In this document: positions 11,101 to 17,100 of the stretch, piece after piece | How positions within the stretch are numbered: the stretch's first letter is position 1 | Layout of the letters: each line of letters opens with the position of its first letter | Source of the DNA: Candidatus Hodarchaeota archaeon | GTDB lineage: Archaea > Asgardarchaeota > Heimdallarchaeia > Hodarchaeales > Hodarchaeaceae | DNA: 20,477 nt | Direction of reading: 5' to 3' | NCBI GenBank assembly: GCA_016839785.1 | Contig: JAEOTQ010000038.1 | Coordinates: 1 to 20,477, forward strand | Program-made: the position numbers and the translations under genes | The notes under the pieces: model-generated | The model's database searches: none | Told to the model about the DNA's origin: nothing | The model's input: the letters and a program-made list of their open reading frames with translations, nothing else

Positions 11101-12331
11101 ATTGATTAGAATATTCCGTACTAATCCAAGCTGCTGACTTAGAAACATTTAGAATCCTTAGTTCATCGATTGACCCTTGCCAAAATCTTGAATCAAAATT
11201 ATAATATTGTCGTGCAATATGTGCCACTTCTCCGCTGTCTATCAGGGTATTTGTATCGAAATCGGTTTGTAAGTTACCATCTATGTAAAGAGTATTCATT
11301 CCGTTGTTTATTACTCCAACAACATGATGCCAATCACTATCAGTATAGGTAGAATCACTGTCCGCACTTGTCATTACACCATTTCCAACCCAGAGTTTGA
11401 ATGTATTATCAGAATGGCGAACTAAGGCATATCCGTTGTCAAAAGTATCGTCCAATTTTCCAGCAATACCCATATATGCTCCCGATGCTCCCTGAATTTG
11501 CACCCAAGTCTCAATGGTTACTTCACCAGAAAGTTGGAGGTCAATGGAATTGGGTATGGAAATATAATTTGACCCATCGAAATTCAATCCTATTCCTGAA
11601 CTGCCAATGATCTGCGAAGGGGCATTGCCTCCGAGTTGGCCATCATTAGAATACGGTGAACTATCAACGTACGGACCAGAAGATTCCTGTAGATGCCATA
11701 CTCCCCTATAACTCGAATTCCATACACCATTCGATTGCTCTTGGTTTAGCGCTGTTGGATTCCCATAATACATCGTGATAGTAGTATTCATACTACCAGA
11801 GAGATGAGGAATTAAGATCCATGCAACTAAGTAAGCATGAGTTGAATTGTATGTGATGTCAAAGTACTCAATTTCATGGGGTAATTGGAGGTTTGAGGTG
11901 TCAAGAAAAATGATATCATCCCCGTCTACTTGGCAATGAAGCCGAATATCTGGGTCAAAGATTTCAAACTGCATAGGAAAATTGTCAAGATCGGCCTCCA
12001 CTTGAACGGCATTAATAGTTATGGTCTTTCGATGGCCAAAATTGGGAGCTCCCCAACTTTCAAAAATCATTTGATTAGCGCTAATCGTAGGAAAAAATGA
12101 ATCCTGATTATTTGATAAAACAGAGTTTTCAGTCAAGTCTGAGATTCTAATTTCTTCAGTCCCCTCATAGATATAATCGGAATATCGTAAGGGGGGTACA
12201 CATACTTGCTTATGAATATCTTCTGGGAAAATTGGATGAAAAGGAATTTTACTTACGAAACTAGCAATTATCAATAAAAAGAAAAGAGTTAACGTAATTT
12301 TCCGCAGAAAGATAGAATGAATGTTTTTCAA
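5132..12331 (-). CDS. Giant single-pass surface glycoprotein: signal peptide, 2x (DUF2341-like + LamG/ConA-like), Asp-box beta-propeller, carboxypeptidase-regulatory-like domain, ~8 Ig-like repeats, TM helix, cytoplasmic longin-like tail
   Basis: TTG start and a hydrophobic N-terminus. RK.I.I..NFP..DGDDI.F..L.HEIE..W..IP.LS....I.MYY.NP occurs twice, each followed by a LamG pattern (FDG..YI, WHHVVG, LYIDG, F.G.IDELRI). Asp-boxes KTVNGGINW and SSDNGHNW. D-x-x-(P/S/A)-P-initiated repeats at ~6130-8550. TM VALIIGVSSLIFILLFVSY at ~6005-6067 followed by RK. Many N-x-S/T sequons. Confidence 0.85.
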   Translation of the reverse strand: MKNIHSIFLRKITLTLFFLLIIASFVSKIPFHPIFPEDIHKQVCVPPLRYSDYIYEGTEEIRISDLTENSVLSNNQDSFFPTISANQMIFESWGAPNFGHRKTITINAVQVEADLDNFPMQFEIFDPDIRLHCQVDGDDIIFLDTSNLQLPHEIEYFDITYNSTHAYLVAWILIPHLSGSMNTTITMYYGNPTALNQEQSNGVWNSSYRGVWHLQESSGPYVDSSPYSNDGQLGGNAPSQIIGSSGIGLNFDGSNYISIPNSIDLQLSGEVTIETWVQIQGASGAYMGIAGKLDDTFDNGYALVRHSDNTFKLWVGNGVMTSADSDSTYTDSDWHHVVGVINNGMNTLYIDGNLQTDFDTNTLIDSGEVAHIARQYYNFDSRFWQGSIDELRILNVSKSAAWISTEYSNQFNPSSFYIVGENEQLNTNWGASTFGNRKQFILDSDNIPSNLTDFPFLFVLYDKDLPTKSQVDGDDILFLSEDNIKLDHEIEKFNPTFNATHALLVTWIRIPFLSATSDTSICMYYNNPTIGSQENPTGVWNENYVGIWHMGSDISESSSRGLNGTNQGTLNDSGQIGNARRFDGIDDYINLGLWDPGVGTGDYSISAWVKLDSAFNTTSPESLPIFGHYNTSTYNMAFTFAGTDNNHATGTIYSKVEGYGPENSFEYVDGSTNSWDGSTWIYVTATTIQSTTTGLIYKDGISEGSMSADGEGTFGTYGRYKIGSTYLEQTFENEFFQGIIDELRISRVILSSDWILTEYQNQLSPQSFYMIGGEEQQEFFPPTEQMEVIIDTDVYDATDEYNPGPNVVFINDSHGYVFFQKTNGGRAEIVYYKTVNGGINWYGPVNIDCGPPQYSFRSFSCWFDQWTQDRAGSKIHLVANSIDDDEMAYNYLDTEDDTTNGGWTSILSSGGSHNAPDGGGAVTVSEDGTIFSASWMTNGPQFAKYDTVWSDITPSYTFLDDDDDHGQLLPLGNGDILCIYEDSTSNDLFSFAYDISTNSWDTSPTYITQINTTLIPPADDYSNNANWGAVHDPISNNIYLLLNNYIYNSSSDLESWIFFENNRTWAQRSNVVTNIGILGDEVKPFYDPTQNLLIAIYILGEAIYMRNSSDNGHNWSPASKINIASHPWIVIRTNFISMDKFYAIYFDEINNDVYGNSILDFERKPENATVRVQVIDSEQLILSNASVTLMNANNQTSFWIQNTTNLGFTSFTNLRYAFYNISVEFESTINNSLRNLSIFPDSLYSLNPEFNFTIVISIFSDTEPPNIINLYFENTSIPFDNASTFFTSVEDVSYNLKVSLNLTAINTSNGAILIQSNFSMELFSGILYYNATALDSLNHRNVKVMFNIIATDFANNSATSLVQIIYLGDRFPPTIVEYNVIDYKNGTLVFYANLTDNMSLVVAPVILQVNEELLEMYMNVSGIWTLRISAHYGVHLNYTIYSVFDSIGNENGSRLYGQIGPLQYIIPEDDESPIISNLEDSISSHTNGFVEFFAKVEDRTNFQSGVNDSSVCIHLIINGKSFNYSMTALEESYYFSHVFQFNDSISYWISSFDLAGNYISLSVNETVSILDIISPSTYSWTKDWGNGTVDFFAFVTDWPSNSSFAFILFTQDYFAEWINLSMTQENDTFFMMRVFSLDFADNTLWFYVSTVDNYKNWNNPGQASAQSFSLEDKIAPVLSLLIEESLVNDGQITFTSWANDPYGSIRDINNTVSINLTVSGQTSSFKMHYDSFYFYTFSSYFIFGDILEIKIWVNDASGNIGTLVETIIVKDQSPPKLLDTGIEEYQNGTVTFWAIVEDSINGSGLAENAVRIEYVFISIFNETMIENGTNSMFTHSVSGFVPGNAFNYRIISFDNSNNTYISSWHIFIITDDTPPVCNGFGFNESLVNHSHTEIEFWADATDPFGSINWITITIDYFIYENSTWITICKNMSYSTSLDLYIYSMVMECNQTFNYYIEVSDSTQSVIISNNDLRTYWGPVIIESNIEPISGNFLRIWANVTDWGSGIDKVELFYEFINQGTGATVKEFMTLEMTSNGTLYVTSLEFGEPGTLNWQIVVYDALNAINVVYSEQRNYLFLPESSPTDISFEQVALIIGVSSLIFILLFVSYSTYRKNVIEKMDELLSTQAKLASITNIYTILVTTDTGLPVFNLNNVLYKPDSSRQDVLSGLSVGIDSFLESFQSDFISYLLEPSSRSESPSAGQIKTSAIVKNQIQILIVSTQHYKIFLFTKEKPIEFIKSSFVSIARLLEEKLPHNDFGIIDETLTIPVVANVINHFFPLHLLSAFTLNCQRIYELDKEEKTETSIEISKNALLGLKRLAILKSTQEVGTSRSKTQINSFNNAVRSNQSLEIAPLLYTEALDIFEKIIKLSEEEIFDALWKGSSPSIKIIVPCIPSTADE

Positions 12332-12376
12332 CTCTTCCCATACCTTGTGTTGGTTGTAAGTATAGACAAAGGATGG

Positions 12377-12384
12377 TTTTTAAA
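12377..12384 (-). promoter_or_regulatory. Candidate TATA box for the 2399-aa gene
   Basis: TTTAAAAA on the minus strand ~46 nt upstream of the TTG start, with a purine-rich leader between them. Confidence 0.35.
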
Positions 12385-12637
12385 TCCCCTTCTGATGTGA
12401 ATTCAGTGTTTCTATTGTTATTTTCTAAACTGACATTAAATTGTTTGTTATATATCGGTATTTAACTATAGATTCATTTTCTTCACAGGTAGAGGATGAT
12501 TACCTGTACTCAAAAGACGATCCATGTTTAAAAAACATACCCAAACAGAGGATATTAAATTAGAAAATCGTTTCGATGCCTAGATCCAAAGTCTCAGATT
12601 ATAAGGAACTTTTCTCAAGAAGTGGTATTCACCAGAT

Positions 12638-12790
12638 CAACCAATTACTCGAGTTGAAGTTACTGAAAAAACAAATATTCCTAGGACCTTATTAGAAGGG
12701 GATATGAATTATTCGCGTGCATACTCTGAAGGTCATGTATTGACTCGTTTTGATGCTCGGCTGGAATTAATTGAAACACAGAGGAATTGA
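12638..12790 (+). pseudogene. Orphan 3' fragment of the dehydratase alpha gene (direct repeat copy 2)
   Basis: Translates QPITRVEVTEKTNIPRTLLEGDMNYSRAYSEGHVLTRFDARLELIETQRN* versus QPITRVEVTEKTNIPGTLIEGDMNDSRAYSEGQVMTRIDALLELIDTQRN*. There is an in-frame TAA at 12602 and no start codon between it and the fragment. Weaker similarity extends back to ~12620. Confidence 0.92.
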
Positions 12791-12829
12791 AAAAATACTC
12801 TTCGTTTTGTGCATTGAAGAAACACCAAA

Positions 12830-12837
12830 TTTATAAA
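12830..12837 (+). promoter_or_regulatory. Candidate TATA box for the 158-aa gene
   Basis: TTTATAAA ~63 nt upstream of ATG 12900; an AGGTG SD-like motif sits just before the start. Confidence 0.35.
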
Positions 12838-12899
12838 CAAGGATATGATTGATTATGTCTTAGTTGAATATAATACGTTGAATTTTCAGGTGTAAGCAC

Positions 12900-13376
12900 A
12901 TGGCAAAATATTCAGAATTTGATCCAATCTTGTATCGCCAACATATTAAACAGAAATATTCAGAGCTTGTTTGGAACGCCTACCTCCACAATAAGACAAT
13001 TGAAAAACTGTTAGGTCAAGAGTATTTTGGATCTCTGAACTCAGTAGTTCAATTATTTCTTCAGTATGTTATCAAGGAATGGGCATGTCCGAATTGCTTG
13101 CAAACTATTCTCCCATTTATGGCAAATTGTTATATTAATCTCCCAGAAAAAGGGGATATTATTTATGTGTACTCGAAAGAACTAATAAGTAAGTTTCCTG
13201 TTCTTGCTTGCCCTCATTGCGATACTCAAATTGTAGTAATCGCAGTTGATGAATATAGTGATCTTTTTGAATTTCGCTACAAACAGATTGATAATAAAAT
13301 ATATGATCTATCAAACGATCATATGGTTTCTAAACATGAGTTTGTGGAAAAAAGACTCATTAAGCGTTCCTTCTGA
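12900..13376 (+). CDS. Hypothetical protein with two CxxC motifs (putative zinc ribbon)
   Basis: WACPNC and LACPHCD, about 37 residues apart; SD-like AGGTG upstream. Confidence 0.7.
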   Translation: MAKYSEFDPILYRQHIKQKYSELVWNAYLHNKTIEKLLGQEYFGSLNSVVQLFLQYVIKEWACPNCLQTILPFMANCYINLPEKGDIIYVYSKELISKFPVLACPHCDTQIVVIAVDEYSDLFEFRYKQIDNKIYDLSNDHMVSKHEFVEKRLIKRSF

Positions 13377-13381
13377 GATAT

Positions 13382-13424
13382 TCTCATTTCATAATGAGAT
13401 GACATCTGATTGATACCCTCAGAT
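13382..13424. terminator. Two short inverted repeats between convergent genes
   Basis: TCTCATT-tcat-AATGAGA (13382-13399) and ATCTGA-N9-TCAGAT (13404-13424) in the 64-nt gap between two stop codons. Confidence 0.3.
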
Positions 13425-13440
13425 CAGTATTTTACAACTC

Positions 13441-13998
13441 TTAAGTGGCTCTATTTAATAATTTTCTACCCAATGTGATAAAGGCCTCTTCAACGTTCTC
13501 CCCTGTTTTGGCAGAGGTTACAAAGTGCTTGATTTCTCCCTCGATATTTTTAAATCTGGGTATAATCTGTTCAGAGATGTAAGTCTCAGCTTCTAGAGTA
13601 GTTATACTATTCTCATCTCGTAAATCAGATTTGTTGCCTAAGATATTGATGCATACTGAAGGAGTAGCCATGTGTTGTGTAAGTTCTTGAACCCAGGAAC
13701 GTAGATTTTGAAGGGAATTGCGATCATTAATATCATAGACGATTAATGCTCCAGCTGTCTGACGATAATACAACGCACGAATCTGATTAAATGTCGGTTG
13801 TCCCGCTAAATCCCAAATCTGAAATCGAATTGATTTTTTGGTATTGTTAAATGGAATATTCACTTGAGTTGAGGCAAAGTCCGCGCCAAGAGTGGGTAAA
13901 TAATCACCTGGAACCCCTTTCCCCATATATTGGTTTCTGAGGGAGGTTTTACCTACTTGGCCATCACCAAGAAGACAAATTTTTGCGAATACTACCAT
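13441..13998 (-). CDS. Rab-like small GTPase (Ras superfamily)
   Basis: G1 GDGQVGKTS, G2 YLPTLG, G3 WDLAGQ, G4 GNKSD, G5 TSAKTG. RabF-like motifs LGADF, RFQIW, YYRQT and IVYDIN. No C-terminal cysteines. Confidence 0.95.
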   Translation of the reverse strand: MVVFAKICLLGDGQVGKTSLRNQYMGKGVPGDYLPTLGADFASTQVNIPFNNTKKSIRFQIWDLAGQPTFNQIRALYYRQTAGALIVYDINDRNSLQNLRSWVQELTQHMATPSVCINILGNKSDLRDENSITTLEAETYISEQIIPRFKNIEGEIKHFVTSAKTGENVEEAFITLGRKLLNRAT

Positions 13999-14050
13999 CT
14001 GATTTTCCTGCGAAGAAATGACTATTTATCTTTCATTCTGAGGAACTAGG

Positions 14051-14064
14051 ATTTTAACTTTCTC
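14051..14064 (-). promoter_or_regulatory. Candidate BRE/TATA for the GTPase gene
   Basis: GAGAAAG-TTAAAAT on the minus strand ~53 nt upstream of ATG 13998. Confidence 0.3.
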
Positions 14065-14170
14065 ATTAGTTCCCATCCAAAATACTTCATATCCTAGCTC
14101 GATAGGAAAATCGATAAATTTGTTGATCATAGTTTTCGAAAATATGAACAGATCACTCAATATTCATTCC

Positions 14171-17100
14171 TTAGAAAGGTATCAGAATTTTCACTCTATC
14201 ATCAATTCCCATCCAAAGTGCCTCACTAACATCTTTGAGAGCAAATCCCCCTACTTGCGATAAAAGCTTCATCACATCTGAATAGAGGAGGATTCCAGAG
14301 TGTCGTCGAGAATGGTCTGATATAGATTGATCATATAACTTCAGTAAAGCCTGTTTAGTACTACTAGTGGTTGGTGGGGTGAGACTCGTGACAACGAGGA
14401 ATTTTAAAACACTGATGGCACCCTTGGAGAGTACTGTATCCTCAATTTTTTGTCGATGTAGTGAGTCAAAGTAAGCTAATCTTTCCAAATCAATTTTGAA
14501 TGGTTCTAGTAAGCCGATAGGGAGATGTTTACGTAATGTCCTGCGGATATTAGGGCCTAAGAGAGATTCATTAATAATACCTGTATCATATAAGGGAAGA
14601 TTATGTTGGAGGTCTTTTATCGCTTTCAAAAACGTATTTCGCAGGAAAGAGGAGGGAATTTCCTTTAGGAACGCGAAGATTCGATAAGAAGCTGATCCCA
14701 AAATCATAATTTGGATCTTATTCTGCTCAATGACACTTAATCGGTAGGTTGTTTCGGCCTCGGGATGATCTCGCGAAAGGGAGATATCAGACATCTGTGA
14801 TATAAAATCCTCTTGAAAAGATTCTAAAAAGGCGTCTATTCCCACAGATAATCCACTAAGAGTTCCCGTTAATGATTCATCAGCTTTATAAATAATATTG
14901 CTGATATTCCAAATAGGAACACCTGCTGCTGAGGTTACAAGAATCGTATAAGTATCCGTTAGGAAGGCTAATTTATCTTCGATCGACCTTTTCTCAGATG
15001 AGGTTTTATCTTTCCTTCTTTGGTATATGAAGTAACTTACGCTAACTGCTAAAAAGAAAGCAAGCATTCCCAAGACTGCCACTACCAATGGACCAGCAAA
15101 ATCTTGAATTTTTGGGTCGTAAGGAATTGTATAATCACCCTCAAAAGCAGAGGGATTAGTATTGTTCAATGAATCTCGTGTTTGGACTCTTATGTGTAAT
15201 TTTATGGCTGTAGTCAACTCTAGATTCGTGATAGATCCTGAATAAATTTCTATGTTATCTTTATAGCCAATAAAAGTCATGATTATAGGACCAACTTCAA
15301 GAATACTTGCCCCTGTGCCTAGAGAGCTCGAAGATAAATCTAGAATCGTATAAAACATTAAAACTTCAGCGATTTCCGCATTATTTTCGATGATCCCTAC
15401 ATAAAATGTGATATTCGTTGGTCGGTTCTGGTCGTCAAGTTCTATTGCTTCATCAACATCTAAAGCAAAAGCTCGGGGAGAAGTTACATCTTCAATTAGA
15501 ATATTGTAAATCTCTTCTGAAACCACAAGGAAACTCGTTCCCGAAATTGACATGGAAATAGTTATCGTTAGAGTAATATTAGTTCCTATGTCTTCGGTTA
15601 AATTGATAATCTGATGCCAGTATCCATTACCAGTGGGAATTCCATAGTACACTACATTTCCAGGAAATTTAAATTCTACAATGATATTCTCTGAAACATT
15701 ATAATTTAGTACTTGTACGGTCAGATTATACTCCCCATCATTGGTACTACCAGGTTCCTTTGTGAGATCACCAATATTTGGATGAAATACGATATTTATT
15801 TTAGATGAAGTTATGTTCATACCTTCAATCATTTCATCGTAAGTCGTGACACTAGCCCACCATTTTTCCCCAGGTGAAGTTCCGTAAGCTGGAATAATGC
15901 TTGCATTTTCATATTGGTAAACTTCTACAACCGTTCCATTACTGTATTGAACATACCATCTAATTATGATGTTTTCTGGATCATTATCATAGTCGAAATA
16001 ATCATAGGAGATGTTAATGTCTTCAGTTTCAACATAGAATTCATTTACTCTAGTTTGAGGATCAACGAAGTCAAAATCTGTGTTAAATTCAAAATGAAGA
16101 TTAGATAGTATGGAGTCAGAATTCACAATTCGAAGAGCATAGGTGGTATTTTTGCTAGCTGACCAGGCTTCACCATCAAAAACCATTAAGTTTACAATCC
16201 AATAATCACCTTTACTAAGATTTATGGAGCTTATCCATCGATTATTCGTATATTGAGGTTTTAACTCAAAAGGATCAACACCATTACTCCAATACCAGTA
16301 GATCTGCGCATTTTCAGGTGTGGTGTCAACTGTGTCAAGATCATCGAAATGAAATTCAATTCTAATGGTGGTATTCACATGACTAGTATTGGTTAATGTA
16401 ATTCCTGTACTGTTATCAACAAACCTGAGATTGACAAAATCAGGTGGGGAGTTTATAATAATAATCTCGGAGGAGTTAATCCATTCACTGGTACCGGAAG
16501 GTAGTGCATTATCTTGAAGCTTGACACTTACTACCCATCTATCTCCTTTCTTTAATTCTGCTGAATCAACAGTCGTACCGGTAAAACCAGTTAATTCTCC
16601 ATTCTGGTACCACCTATATAATGATCCTACGACATATCCTGAATCCTCTGTGATTCCATAAGGTAAATTTCCTTCCTCTTGATCCGCGTCAGTAGCCGAG
16701 TAAATTACTTTTATGCCAGTTTGGACGGTAAATATTAATGTACCTTCTGTATTTTGGATTAATGGGCCCGTGACCAGTTCTGGATCAGAATTTCCAATAG
16801 TTTTTGTACCCCCGACAAAGTCCAGAGAAAAAACTCCGAAAACATCAAAATATTCTCCATCAGATATGTATAATATACAAAACACTTGAGTTCCAGCAAT
16901 AAACCATGAATGTGAACTAGAGAGAACTTTACTACTCGATGGGGTCAGGGAGCCTCCTGGTAGGAGGGTCCAGCGATATTGTGTTCCAGATTCCTCGTCT
17001 CCATCAGAATCATAAAAATCATAAATTATGGTGATATCATCACTTGTATTCACTCCACCTACAAGGGTAACATTATTGATGGTAGGTATAGAGTTCTGGA

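Noticed and set aside
12638-12790. Repeat pair considered as a diversity-generating retroelement TR/VR
   Set aside because: Mismatches are not confined to adenines in either copy and are mostly synonymous, and no reverse transcriptase is in the window.
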